64,000 nucleotides of DNA from an uncultured delta proteobacterium (lineage in GTDB: Bacteria; Desulfobacterota; Binatia; UBA9968): the NCBI GenBank assembly GCA_963727625.1, contig CAVSHR010000002.1, forward strand, positions 757,575 through 821,574. The letters run 5' to 3'. The notes below the pieces were generated by a model. The model did no database searches, was not told the DNA's origin, and saw only the letters and a program-made list of their open reading frames with translations. The position numbers were made by a program, and so were the translations under genes. Positions 1 to 10,227 of this stretch are shown here, in pieces; the stretch's first letter is position 1; each line of letters begins with the position of its first letter.

Positions 1-2
1 AG

Positions 3-266
3 TGTTTTCAGAAATACCTCGGGGCATCCAGCCGGCGCTACCGAAATGTCTTTGGCGAGGCCGAGGCCTGGATTAACAACCGGGAGAGCACGTCGCCATT
101 TTCCTTCGAGCAGATTTGCGAGGTTCTCAACATCAACCCGAACTACCTCCGGCTCGGTCTAATGCAGTGGCGCGTCACCAACGAGTCGCAAAAAGGTCCG
201 CGCAAGCGCATCCGCGAGCCGCTACGGTATCAATATCGAGTAAAGCACAACCGCGTCAGCATTTAG
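3..266 (+). CDS. 3' part of conserved hypothetical protein (5'-truncated by window edge)
   Basis: My translation from nt 3 is CFQKYLGASSRRYRNVFGEAEAWINNRESTSPFSFEQICEVLNINPNYLRLGL...*. It resembles the 'ECFQKY..EAEEWI..FSFENICE.L...YLR.GL' family common in Binatia/Deltaproteobacteria. Not in the ORF track. Confidence 0.7.
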   Translation, partial: CFQKYLGASSRRYRNVFGEAEAWINNRESTSPFSFEQICEVLNINPNYLRLGLMQWRVTNESQKGPRKRIREPLRYQYRVKHNRVSI

Positions 267-332
267 CAGAGCGCAGTTTGCGGCGCGCCTTTAGGAGACA
301 ATGCAAACCGACGCCAAACTCGGAAAGTTTGC

Positions 333-782
333 ATGCAAGAACAGCGCGTTCCGGCGCTAGGCGGGTCAATAGCGATGATTCCAGAAGTAAAGACAATTTC
401 CAAAAGTGGAAAAATCATGTTGGTCGGGTCGGATCATAAGCAAATACTCGAAAGGCGCTTGCAAGCGGCCGGTTGCCGCGTGGTCAAGGTGAGCGACAAC
501 AACGCGGTGATCGATCAGGTCCGACGCGAAGTCTTCGATACGATCGTCTTGGTGTCGCGAGGCTCGTTGATCAACGACGCGGAAACGATTTTCAATCTGC
601 GCGATCTCAACGACTCCATGGAAATCATCATCGTCGTCGACCGGCTCGGTAAGCAAACTAATCGGTTTTTGCGCCAGCTCCTCGAACATCCGATCGAAGG
701 CACGCGAATCGTGACGCGCCGCCAATTGCAGAAACAGTTGCACCCGGCTACACCGGCGGCGCCACCCGGGGGCGCGTCCTAA
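333..782 (+). CDS. Degenerate receiver (REC-like) domain protein
   Basis: KIMLVGSD...LQAAGCRVVKVSD...FDTIVLVS follows the CheY-like pattern but lacks the phospho-acceptor Asp. Start uncertain. Confidence 0.55.
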   Translation: MQEQRVPALGGSIAMIPEVKTISKSGKIMLVGSDHKQILERRLQAAGCRVVKVSDNNAVIDQVRREVFDTIVLVSRGSLINDAETIFNLRDLNDSMEIIIVVDRLGKQTNRFLRQLLEHPIEGTRIVTRRQLQKQLHPATPAAPPGGAS

Positions 783-1367
783 AAAATATGCGGCCGTCAA
801 CGGGAACGAGGAATCGATGATTCAACGTAATTTACGATCCCGGCTCCTTCACGATTGGAAGCTTGATTTCGGGGCTTGTAGTCGTTTTGGTGAAGGTGAC
901 CTTGCCCAACTCCGGCGCAGCCTAACGGCTGCAACTTCCCGAGGCCAAACCGGTTATCCCTGCATGAATGGGTGTTTATGTTCCGACGACCGGCGCGTCG
1001 TGGAACGCATGGGCCGATCTTATAATAGTCGTAAATTTAACGTCGCGCGGCACCCGGGAAACATCGCAGAGCCAAAGCTTGTCGCTTTCTGCGCTTGCCG
1101 CGACCGCAGTAGCGAAAAGATCCCGCTGCGTGCATCCTGGCGGTACCTTCAGCCGCCGCTTCGGGCGAATATAATTTTGGCACGTTTCCCCCGGCAGGTC
1201 AGTCGGGTCAAGGACGTTGTTGTAAGCCAACGCAGAACCGAATTGCTGCGCGGGGATTAGGGGACGACTCGCGAGTCAATTATGACGATGGAATGTGGAA
1301 TCGCTGAAGCCAGAGCTGGGGAACCGTTGTTTCGGAAACTCGAACAGGTTTGATCGCAGGAGGTTTT

Positions 1368-2390
1368 ATGCCTGGAAAGTTTTTGCCATACCGAATCGTT
1401 ACAGCGTTGATCATCGCGGCGATTGGAATTCTGACCCTTTCACCCGCGCACGCCGACGAGAAGGTTCACGTGGCCTATATTTCGGACTCGCCGGGATCAT
1501 CCGCTCCGTACTGGATCGCTAAAGAGGCGGGTTTTTATAAAAAAAACGGGCTGGACGCGGAGCTCATCTTCATCAATGGCAGCACACGCGGTATCCAAAG
1601 TTTAATCGCCGGCGACCTGGATTTTACCGGCGCCGTCGGGACGTCGGCAATCAACGGCAAACTGGCGGGCGGGGATATTTTTATCATCGACAGCTTGGTT
1701 AACACCCTGCCTTATTACATTATCGGCAAGCCGGATATTAAATCGCCCGAGAACCTCAAGGGTCGAACACTCGCCACCCATATCCCAGGCACGTCCGCCG
1801 ACTTTGCGGTGCGTCTGGCCCTGCGCAAATTCGGCATTGACTACAAAGACATTCAAGCCGTCATGGTCGGCGGTTCGCCGGCGCGCGTCGCGGCGGTGAT
1901 CAATGGACAAACTGATTTTACGATGGTGACCGAGCCGGGCAAACTCCAAGGCGAAAATGCCGGCATGAAGGTGATTATCGATATGGCCAAGCTCAAGATT
2001 CCCTTCCAATTTAGCTGTACGGTCGCGTCGGGAAAGACGATCCGCGAACGTCCCGGAACGGTTGAGAAGATGGTCAAGGCGATGGCGAACGCGGTGCATT
2101 TTTTTAAGACCAACAAGAAAGAATCGATCCAAATCATGGCGAAATACACCCGCGGTGCGACACCTGCTGTTCTTGAGGGTTCCTGGGCGGCGTACTCAGA
2201 GCTTCTCCAAGAGGACCTATATCCCACTATGGAGGGGCTTCGCGACACCCTGGCTGTGCAGGCGACATGGGATCCCAAAGCCGCGAAAGCCAAGGCGGAG
2301 GATGTGGTCGATCTCCGCTTTGTTGACAACTTAAATAAGAGCGGTTTTATCGACCGGCTCTACGGGCGCGCCCATATCAGTCATAAGTAA
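1368..2390 (+). CDS. ABC transporter substrate-binding protein, NMT1/THI5/SsuA-like
   Basis: Signal peptide ending AHA-D, motifs WIAKEAGFYKKNGLDAELIF and LKGRTLA, RBS AGGAGG. Confidence 0.9.
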   Translation: MPGKFLPYRIVTALIIAAIGILTLSPAHADEKVHVAYISDSPGSSAPYWIAKEAGFYKKNGLDAELIFINGSTRGIQSLIAGDLDFTGAVGTSAINGKLAGGDIFIIDSLVNTLPYYIIGKPDIKSPENLKGRTLATHIPGTSADFAVRLALRKFGIDYKDIQAVMVGGSPARVAAVINGQTDFTMVTEPGKLQGENAGMKVIIDMAKLKIPFQFSCTVASGKTIRERPGTVEKMVKAMANAVHFFKTNKKESIQIMAKYTRGATPAVLEGSWAAYSELLQEDLYPTMEGLRDTLAVQATWDPKAAKAKAEDVVDLRFVDNLNKSGFIDRLYGRAHISHK

Positions 2391-2422
2391 ATAGGCAGGG
2401 TAAAATAATCGAGGTTAATAAA

Positions 2423-3448
2423 ATGAATCAAACCGTTAAATCCTTCATGGTCTTTTCCGCTGGCATATTTTTCTGTTGTCTCACGCTTGATTTGCCCGCA
2501 AGAGCGCAATCGATGTCCAAACTCATCGAGGGGGCAAAAAGCGAAGGCAAAATGGCCTTTTTTACGACGATGACGCTGTCTCAGAGTAAGAAAGTCGTCG
2601 ACAGGTTTCAAAAAAAGTACCCGTTCATCCAACCCGAGCTGTTTCGCACCGGCGGCGATGGGTTGCTCAACAAAATAGAGACCGAGGCCCGCGGCGGCCT
2701 TCACGCCTGGGACGTCACCTCGGGGCGGGGCGACATGGTGCTTGCGCTTTCACAAAAGAAGCTGCTCGCGCCGTACCGATCGCCCGAGACCAAGATGATC
2801 GAAAAGGACTTGGTGGACGATGAGGGTTACTGGACCGCCTATTACGTCAATCCATTCGTGCTCGGTTACAACACCAATTTGGTCAAGAAGAGCGACGTAC
2901 CCAAGACCTACGAAGAGCTGCTCGATCCGAAATGGAAGGGCGGCAAGATCTCCATCGACGACTCGGCCTACGGGTTTCTCACTGGCCTAATTCGAGCGTG
3001 GGGGAAGGAAAAAGCCGTCGATTACTTCAAAAAGCTTGCGGCGCAGAAGCCATCGGTGATGCGGGGCAACACCAACCGCGTGCAGATGACGATGGCCGGC
3101 GAATATCCGCTCATCATTGCCTATGCGCCGACGATTCAGAGAGAAACCTCGAAGGGGCATCCGATGGATTGGGTGCCGCTGGAACCGGTGCCGGTGCAGG
3201 TCAATCCGGTGATGCTTTCGGCCCACGCGCCCCACCCCAACGCCGGCAAGCTGTTCATCGATTTTCTGCTTTCCAAAGAGGGGCAAGAAATGCTCATCGG
3301 TTTTAGACGAGTTCCGGTGCGCGAAGACGTCGATCCCAAGCCGCCGCGCTTGTTTCGCGGTTACAAACGCATCATCGAGCATCCGGAGGAATATAAGAAC
3401 TTTAATCAGACAGTGAAACTTTATCAGGAGATTCTCGGAATTCGTTGA
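2423..3448 (+). CDS. ABC extracellular solute-binding protein (AfuA/Fe3+-type family)
   Basis: Signal peptide, motifs GYNTNLV..PKTYEELLDPKWKGGK and APHPNAGKLFIDFLLSKEGQ. Confidence 0.9.
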   Translation: MNQTVKSFMVFSAGIFFCCLTLDLPARAQSMSKLIEGAKSEGKMAFFTTMTLSQSKKVVDRFQKKYPFIQPELFRTGGDGLLNKIETEARGGLHAWDVTSGRGDMVLALSQKKLLAPYRSPETKMIEKDLVDDEGYWTAYYVNPFVLGYNTNLVKKSDVPKTYEELLDPKWKGGKISIDDSAYGFLTGLIRAWGKEKAVDYFKKLAAQKPSVMRGNTNRVQMTMAGEYPLIIAYAPTIQRETSKGHPMDWVPLEPVPVQVNPVMLSAHAPHPNAGKLFIDFLLSKEGQEMLIGFRRVPVREDVDPKPPRLFRGYKRIIEHPEEYKNFNQTVKLYQEILGIR

Positions 3449-3498
3449 GCTTATAAGCGTAGACGCTACGGGCGTTAAAGATAAGAAAGGAGACTGAT

Positions 3499-4557
3499 AT
3501 GAGAAATAAAATCTCGGGGACGGTTTTTTGCACCGTCATGATCGCCGGTTTGATTTCGATTGGGTCTCCCAGCAACGTCGGCGCGGAAGATTTTTATCAG
3601 GGCAAAAACATCCGCTTTATTGTCGGCTACGCGCCCGGCGGCGGCTACGATACCTACACTCGCGCGATTGCACGTTATATTGGGAGATTTATTCCGGGAA
3701 ACCCCAGCGCCGTCGTGGAGAACATGGAGGGAGCCGGCAGCTTGCTCGCCGCCAATTACATGTATAACAAAGCCAACGCCGACGGCTTGACGGTTGGTGA
3801 CTTCAACAGCGGTATGGTGACCCAGCAAACCTTGGATTCGCGCGGAGTCCGTTTCGACGCCCGTAAGTTTGGCTGGATCGGTGCGCCTGTTAGAGGTCTG
3901 CCAACCTGCATGGTAATGGGCTTCACGGGGCTCAGGACGCTCGCCGGGGTGATGAAATCGAGCGACAGGATTAAATTTGGCGGTACAAGAGCGGGGGCTT
4001 CATCCGATGATCTACCCAAGATTATGAATGCTCTTATGGGAACCAAGTTCAAGGTCATCTCCGGCTATAAGGGCACTGGACCGATACGGGTAGCGCTGCA
4101 GCGGAGAGAAATTGAGGGTCTCTGCTCAGGCTGGGAGTCGATGAGGGTGACGGCCAGGGCGTTACTTGATGCCAAAGGTGACGATAAATTGATCCCGTTC
4201 ATCGTCCACGGCAAGTCGCAAGATGAGGAGGTGAAAGACCTGCCACAATTCACAAAAGTCATCAAAGGCGAGGAAAACCTGGCTGCGTTTAGAGCCTGGG
4301 TGAATCAATATGATTTCCAACGGCCCTTGATGGTTCCACCGAACACTCCGAAGGATCGGTTAGAGACTTTGCGCCGCGCATTGCAAAAAACTCTTTCGGA
4401 TTCGGAATTCCTGGCCGAGGCGAAGAAATCCAAGATGTTGATCGACAACGTTACGGGAAAAGACATCGAGCGGTCTGTCGACGAAATGTTGTCGATCTCC
4501 CCGCAAATAAAAAAGAAGCTGGCGTTCCTCGTGCCGGCGAAAAAAGTCTCGAATTGA
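3499..4557 (+). CDS. tctC: Tripartite tricarboxylate transporter substrate-binding protein (Bug/TctC family), copy 1
   Basis: FYQGKNIRFIVGYAPGGGYDTYTR and VVENMEGAGS motifs, signal peptide. Confidence 0.9.
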   Translation: MRNKISGTVFCTVMIAGLISIGSPSNVGAEDFYQGKNIRFIVGYAPGGGYDTYTRAIARYIGRFIPGNPSAVVENMEGAGSLLAANYMYNKANADGLTVGDFNSGMVTQQTLDSRGVRFDARKFGWIGAPVRGLPTCMVMGFTGLRTLAGVMKSSDRIKFGGTRAGASSDDLPKIMNALMGTKFKVISGYKGTGPIRVALQRREIEGLCSGWESMRVTARALLDAKGDDKLIPFIVHGKSQDEEVKDLPQFTKVIKGEENLAAFRAWVNQYDFQRPLMVPPNTPKDRLETLRRALQKTLSDSEFLAEAKKSKMLIDNVTGKDIERSVDEMLSISPQIKKKLAFLVPAKKVSN

Positions 4558-4746
4558 AAAACGCTGCATTTAGCGCTGGAGACTCTTTCAGGGAAGGATC
4601 AATGACAACACCGATTAAATTTTTGTGGATAAGATGGGGGCGATATTACCTGCCGTGAAAAAAACTGCAATTTTTCATGTGAAACAAGAAAATCAAGTCT
4701 TTGACGACAGAGCAGAAAGCAAAGAACTTAAGAAAGAGGAGGTTTC

Positions 4747-5796
4747 ATGAATTACCGAAAGATAATGTTACCGGTAGCCCTCGCGGGGCTCTTAGTCGCC
4801 AGCGGTGGGCCGGCGGCGGCGGCTGATTTTTACGCCGGCAAGACCATTCGCGTATCCGTGGGGTTTTCCGCCGGCGGGGGCTACGACACCTACGCGCGCA
4901 TCGTGGCGCGCCATATGGGCAAACATATCCCGGGTCATCCCAGTTTCGTGGTCGAAAACATGGACGGCGCCGGCAGTCTGATTGACGCCAACTATACCTA
5001 CAGCAAAGCGCCGCGCGACGGCACTTTCATCGGGGTATGGAACAGCGCCTTCGTGCTCTATCAAGCGCTGGGCGACAGAGCGGTGCGCCTCGATGCGCGC
5101 AAGTTCGGTTGGATCGGTGCGCCGATCAAAGGTTCGCCTGCATGCAACATCATGGGCCATACGGGATTGAAGACCATGGATGAAGTGCTTAAGTCCGGCA
5201 GGGCGCTCAAGATGGGCGCGACACGCGCTGGTTCGACTTACAACGACTTGCCCAAAATTCTCAACCAGACCATCGGCACGAAGTTCGACGTAATCACCGG
5301 TTACAAGGGCACCTCGCAAATTACCGTCGGGATGCGCTCCAAGGAGCTCGACGGCGGCTGCTGGGGCTGGGAATCGATCCGTGTTGTGGCGCGGGCAATG
5401 CTCGATGCGCAGGGCGATCAGAAGCTGATCCCGATCATCGTGCACAGCAAGTGGGAAGACAAAGAGCTCGCCGGTGTACCCCTCACCCGCGACTACATCA
5501 AGGCGAAAGGTGGCAAGGATGGCGTGGAGCTGTACAACGCCTGGGTCAATCAATACGAATTCCAGCGGCCCTGGGTTGCTCCACCGAGTCTGCCAAAAGA
5601 TCGCCTCGAGATCCTGCGCAAGGCCTTCAAGGATACGTTGGCCGATCCCGAGTTTGTGGCGGAGGCCAAAAAGTCCAAGCTTGTGATGGAATATGTGGGC
5701 GCGGATGAGATCAACGGCTTGGTCAAAGAGATTTTGGACATTTCGCCGAAGGCCAAGGCGGGTCTCCAGTTTCTCGTGCGAAAATCCAAAAAGTAA
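4747..5796 (+). CDS. tctC: Bug/TctC family substrate-binding protein, copy 2
   Basis: VGFSAGGGYDTYAR and VVENMDGAGS. Confidence 0.9.
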   Translation: MNYRKIMLPVALAGLLVASGGPAAAADFYAGKTIRVSVGFSAGGGYDTYARIVARHMGKHIPGHPSFVVENMDGAGSLIDANYTYSKAPRDGTFIGVWNSAFVLYQALGDRAVRLDARKFGWIGAPIKGSPACNIMGHTGLKTMDEVLKSGRALKMGATRAGSTYNDLPKILNQTIGTKFDVITGYKGTSQITVGMRSKELDGGCWGWESIRVVARAMLDAQGDQKLIPIIVHSKWEDKELAGVPLTRDYIKAKGGKDGVELYNAWVNQYEFQRPWVAPPSLPKDRLEILRKAFKDTLADPEFVAEAKKSKLVMEYVGADEINGLVKEILDISPKAKAGLQFLVRKSKK

Positions 5797-5854
5797 CTGG
5801 GGAGGTTTGCGACGAAGCTAAAATTAACCAGAGTCTTTCGATAAAGGAGCAGGG

Positions 5855-6904
5855 ATGAAAGCACGACTGACAATTGCAGGGTTGCTCGGAATCGCCGGGT
5901 GCCTATTCGCCGCACAGACGACACCGGTGTTCGGCGCAGACTTCTATCAGGGTAAGACATTGCGACTGGTCGTCGGTTCTTCGCCAGGCGGCGGTTACGA
6001 TACCTATACGCGGTTGATCGCGCGCCATATCGGTCATCATATTCCGGGTGACCCTGCGACTGTGGTCGAGAACATGCCGGGAGCCGGCGGGCTGGTCTCC
6101 GCCAATTTCGCGTACAAGCGGGCTGATCCCGATGGCCTGACGGTGGTGGTTTTCAACAATTCAAACATCGTTCAAAAGGCGTTGGGCGATCCACGGATCA
6201 ATATTGCGTTCGACAAGCTCGGCTGGGTCGGCGCGCCGAGTGTCGGCGCGCCCATGTGCATGATCATGGGATTTACCGGTCTGAAGACGCTCGATGACGT
6301 TTTGAATTCCAAAAAGCCTCTCAAAATGGGCGCCAACCGCGCCGGTACCACGGGTTACGATTTGCCGCTGATTCTCAATAAAACGATCGGTACAAAATTC
6401 GACGTGGTCAGCGGCTATACCGGGACATCGAAGATTCGCGTCGCTCTGCAATCCCACGAACTCGATGGATTTTGTTCGAACTGGGAATCGATGCGTGTGA
6501 CGGCGCGCTCGATGCTCGATGCCAAGGGGGACAAGAAACTCATCCCCTTCCTCATCAACGCGAAGTGGGAGGATCCCGAAGTCAAGGATTTGCCATTGAT
6601 CAAGGACGTGATCAAAGACCCGAAGAAATTCGCCGTCTACAAAGCCTGGGCGGATCAGATGGATTTTCAGCGCCCGCTCTCGGTGCCGCCGAAAACGCCG
6701 GACGATCGTGTGGCGATTTTGCGCAAGGCCTTTGCCGATACTTTGAAAGATCCAGCGCTGCTTGGCGAGGCAAAAAAATCGAAGCTGGTGATCACCTATG
6801 TGTCGGGCGAGCGCACCGCCGAGCTGGTGCATGAAATTCTTTCCATGCCCGATGATGCCAAGAAGAGTCTCTCGTTCCTGGTGCGGACGAAGGGCAAAAA
6901 GTGA
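5855..6904 (+). CDS. tctC: Bug/TctC family substrate-binding protein, copy 3
   Basis: VGSSPGGGYDTYTR and VVENMPGAGG. Confidence 0.9.
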   Translation: MKARLTIAGLLGIAGCLFAAQTTPVFGADFYQGKTLRLVVGSSPGGGYDTYTRLIARHIGHHIPGDPATVVENMPGAGGLVSANFAYKRADPDGLTVVVFNNSNIVQKALGDPRINIAFDKLGWVGAPSVGAPMCMIMGFTGLKTLDDVLNSKKPLKMGANRAGTTGYDLPLILNKTIGTKFDVVSGYTGTSKIRVALQSHELDGFCSNWESMRVTARSMLDAKGDKKLIPFLINAKWEDPEVKDLPLIKDVIKDPKKFAVYKAWADQMDFQRPLSVPPKTPDDRVAILRKAFADTLKDPALLGEAKKSKLVITYVSGERTAELVHEILSMPDDAKKSLSFLVRTKGKK

Positions 6905-6925
6905 GAAGAAAACCTTAAGGGAGAA

Positions 6926-7972
6926 ATGGCCATGAAATCGCTTTCGCGAGCGATGCTGCTGGGCTTGGCGATCCTGACTTTGTCGCTGTCATCGACGGTT
7001 CGCGCCGATGATTTCTACGCCGGTAAAACGATCCGCTTCATCGTCGGCTTCGCCGCCGGCGGCGGATATGACGCCTACACGCGCAACGTCGCGCGTTACA
7101 TCGGCCGCTACATACCGGGGCATCCTTCGACCGTGGTCGAGAATATGGACGGAGCGGGCAGTGTCATCGCGGTCAACTATACCTACAACAAGGCGTCGCG
7201 GGACGGCTTAACCGTCGGCATCTTCGACTCGCACAATGTGTTCAACAATATGATGGGCGATCCCAGCATCCGTATCGACGGCCGCAAGTTCGGCTGGATC
7301 GGTACCCCGAGCAAAGACTCGGTCGCCTGCGCGATCATGGGATTCACGGGGCTCAAGTCGTGGGAGGACATCCTCAAGTCGAAAAAGCGGCTGCGCATGG
7401 GCGCCACCCGAGGCGGCAACACTGTGCAGTTGCCGGAGATGATGAACCGCTGGGGCGGCGCCCATTTTGAAATTATTCCGGGCTACGGCGGCACCTCGAA
7501 GATTCGCTTGGCGATGCGGTCGAAAGAAGTCGACGGCGGCTGCTGGACATGGGATTCCATGCGCTCGACCGCGCGCTCGATGATCGACGCCAAGGGCGAC
7601 GACCAACTGATCCCGTTTATTATCGGCGACCGCTGGGAGGATCCGGAAGTCAAAAATATTCAGCTCTTTCGCGACATCATCAAGGACCCGGGCAACTTGA
7701 CGGCGTTCAACGTCTGGAACTCGGCTAATGATTTCGCCCGGCCCTTCGCGCTGCCCCCCGGAACAGCCAAGGAAGCTCTTAACATCCTTCGAAAAGCCTT
7801 CAAAGCAACTGTAGAAGACAAGAACTATATCGCCGATTCTAAGAAATCTAAGCTGACGGTCGATTACATCTCAGGAGAACAGGTCGAAAACTTCGTGGAG
7901 CAAATTTATTCGGCTACTCCGGACGTGAAAAAGCGGCTGAGCTTCACGGTGAAAAAACGCAAAACCTCCTGA
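6926..7972 (+). CDS. tctC: Bug/TctC family substrate-binding protein, copy 4
   Basis: VGFAAGGGYDAYTR and VVENMDGAGS. Confidence 0.9.
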   Translation: MAMKSLSRAMLLGLAILTLSLSSTVRADDFYAGKTIRFIVGFAAGGGYDAYTRNVARYIGRYIPGHPSTVVENMDGAGSVIAVNYTYNKASRDGLTVGIFDSHNVFNNMMGDPSIRIDGRKFGWIGTPSKDSVACAIMGFTGLKSWEDILKSKKRLRMGATRGGNTVQLPEMMNRWGGAHFEIIPGYGGTSKIRLAMRSKEVDGGCWTWDSMRSTARSMIDAKGDDQLIPFIIGDRWEDPEVKNIQLFRDIIKDPGNLTAFNVWNSANDFARPFALPPGTAKEALNILRKAFKATVEDKNYIADSKKSKLTVDYISGEQVENFVEQIYSATPDVKKRLSFTVKKRKTS

Positions 7973-7983
7973 GGGGATAGATC

Positions 7984-10101
7984 ATGGAATATCTGCACGC
8001 ATTTAGTCAGGGGCTCATCAACATCCTGCCTTATTTGACGCCGCATGGAACCGAAACTTTTCTCTACATGACGCTCGGGATGGCGATCGGTTTTTGTGTC
8101 GGCATTCTCCCCGGTCTGGGGGGCGCGACGACGTTGGCGCTGATGCTGCCATTTATTTACAACATGGACCCGACTACGGCATTTGCCTTCCTCTTGGGCT
8201 CCAACGCCGTCACCGCCACCACTGGGGATGTTACCTCGATTCTCTTCGGAGTCCCGGGTGAAGGCATATCCGCCGCGCTGGTTGTCGATGGCCATCCCAT
8301 GGCGAAAAGCGGCCAAGCCGGCCGCGCACTGGGGGCGTCTCTGTCGAGCTCACTGATCGGAGCGATTTTTGGCGCGTTCGTGCTTGCGCTGGCGATTCCC
8401 ATCGTCAGTCCCCTGGTTCTCTCGATCGGTTCGGCGGAATTTTTCATGCTCGGCATCCTGGGCATCACTTTTATCGGCTCTCTTAGTGGCGAGAATGTCC
8501 CAAAGGGGTTGCTCGGCGGCGGTCTCGGTTTGGTATTGGCTATGGTAGGGCTGGACCCGATCGAAAGCGTGCCTCGATTCACTCTTACAGGCCTACTGGG
8601 CGAAGATAACTCGCTCTTTCTGTGGGATGGCGTTTCACTGATAAGCGCGACTATCGGGCTTTTCGCCATTCCGGAAATCATCGACTTGGCAGTGCAGGGA
8701 ACGAGCATCGCACGCGAGGGCGCTTCATCCAAGGTTAGCGGAGTGCTGCAAGGGGTCAAGGACGTTTTCCATCACTGGAGGCTCGTACTTCGTTGCAGCA
8801 CGATCGGCGCCTACATCGGTCTGATTCCCGGCATGGGCGGTGGACCGGCGCAGTGGCTCGCCTACGCTCACGCCGTGCAAAGTTCGCCGGACAAAGAACG
8901 CTTCGGCAAGGGCGACGTGCGCGGCATCATTGGTCCAGGTTCCGCCAACAACTCCAAGGAAGGCGGCTCGTTGATTCCGACACTCGCCTTCGGTGTGCCG
9001 GGCAGCGTTTCCATGGCGATTCTATTGGGAGCCTTTATTATTCAGGGCATCGTGCCGGGCCCGGATTTATTGAACCCGGCAAAGCATCTTACCCTGACTT
9101 TCTCGTTTGTCTGGATCATCGTGGTCACTAACATCATGACCGTGCTGATCTGCCTGATGATTATCAATCAGCTCGCCAAGGTCACCTTCGTCAAAGGGAC
9201 TTATCTGATCCCGTTTCTGCTCTTTCTGGTTTACCTCGGCGGTTTTGCCGAGAAGAATAATCCTGCCGACATGCTGCTGGTGGTCATCTTTGGCGCGATC
9301 GGCTGGCTCATGATCAAATTTGATTGGTCGCGTCCGGCGCTCCTGCTCGGTTTGGTTCTGGGCGGAATCATGGAAAATAATTTCTTCATTGCCAGCCGCA
9401 TCTACGGCTATAGCTGGCTCCGGCACCCGGGTGTTTTAGTCATCATAGCCATAATTTTTGCCGGGCTTGCGTTCCCCTATTTGAAGGCATGGTTCCAGCG
9501 TTACCGCGCCGGCGACGGCGGATCCGGTGCTGAAACGAAAGCCGCCGTGTCCACCAGGACCGAAGCGCTATCCCGGGGTACTCGCATGGGCCAAAGCCTA
9601 TTTGCGCTATTCATTCTCGGCATTTTTGCTTACGTCGTCTATCAGGCGAAATTTGGCTTCGGCGAGTTCGAGCCGCGCGCGGGGCTGTTTCCGTGGGTGG
9701 TCGGCTTGCCCTGCCTGCTGGTCGCGATCTATGTATTTTTTAAGGATTCTTTGCAATCAACCCGTCAAGTTAAAGTGGTGGAATCGGCGCTTTACGTGGA
9801 ACCGGAGATTGAGCCTATCATTGAACGCCAAAGAACCATTGCCATCAGTTGTTGGATCGTCGGCTTTTTCCTGGCGATCTGGATATTGGGCTTTATCCCG
9901 GCGTCCGCCATAGCTACCTTTCTTTATTTAAAATTTGGCGCGGGGGAAAAATGGCCCATCTCATTGGCGCTGGCTGTCGCGTGCTGGGCGTTCTTTTTCG
10001 GCCTGTTCGATTACACGCTGCAGTTGCCGTTTCCAAGCGGCATAGTTTTTGACTGGCTGCCCGTGGGTGTCGCGCATCTTCCACGTTCGATTTTCGGTTG
10101 A
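7984..10101 (+). CDS. tctA: Tripartite tricarboxylate transporter permease, TctA-TctB fusion
   Basis: TctA motifs (GILPGLG, SILFGVPG, SANNSKEGGSLIPTLAFGVPGS) in the first ~500 aa, followed by a ~170 aa 4-TM TctB-like domain ending FDYTLQLPFPSG. Confidence 0.88.
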   Translation: MEYLHAFSQGLINILPYLTPHGTETFLYMTLGMAIGFCVGILPGLGGATTLALMLPFIYNMDPTTAFAFLLGSNAVTATTGDVTSILFGVPGEGISAALVVDGHPMAKSGQAGRALGASLSSSLIGAIFGAFVLALAIPIVSPLVLSIGSAEFFMLGILGITFIGSLSGENVPKGLLGGGLGLVLAMVGLDPIESVPRFTLTGLLGEDNSLFLWDGVSLISATIGLFAIPEIIDLAVQGTSIAREGASSKVSGVLQGVKDVFHHWRLVLRCSTIGAYIGLIPGMGGGPAQWLAYAHAVQSSPDKERFGKGDVRGIIGPGSANNSKEGGSLIPTLAFGVPGSVSMAILLGAFIIQGIVPGPDLLNPAKHLTLTFSFVWIIVVTNIMTVLICLMIINQLAKVTFVKGTYLIPFLLFLVYLGGFAEKNNPADMLLVVIFGAIGWLMIKFDWSRPALLLGLVLGGIMENNFFIASRIYGYSWLRHPGVLVIIAIIFAGLAFPYLKAWFQRYRAGDGGSGAETKAAVSTRTEALSRGTRMGQSLFALFILGIFAYVVYQAKFGFGEFEPRAGLFPWVVGLPCLLVAIYVFFKDSLQSTRQVKVVESALYVEPEIEPIIERQRTIAISCWIVGFFLAIWILGFIPASAIATFLYLKFGAGEKWPISLALAVACWAFFFGLFDYTLQLPFPSGIVFDWLPVGVAHLPRSIFG

Positions 10102-10227
10102 CGAACTGCGTTGTAAACCGGCCGCTTGCGTCGCCTGAATTCAGCTTGCTTTGTTCGCATAGGCACGAACGGAAATTCGCAGACTGGCTTTAGAAAAAAA
10201 TCAGCGGACGCCGAAAGACGAGGAGTC

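Noticed and set aside
1177-1195. Sigma54 promoter at TGGCACG
   Set aside because: No GC at the -12 spacing.
817-1260. ORFs in the 783-1367 gap
   Set aside because: No recognisable motifs or coding-like composition. Probably a promoter region.
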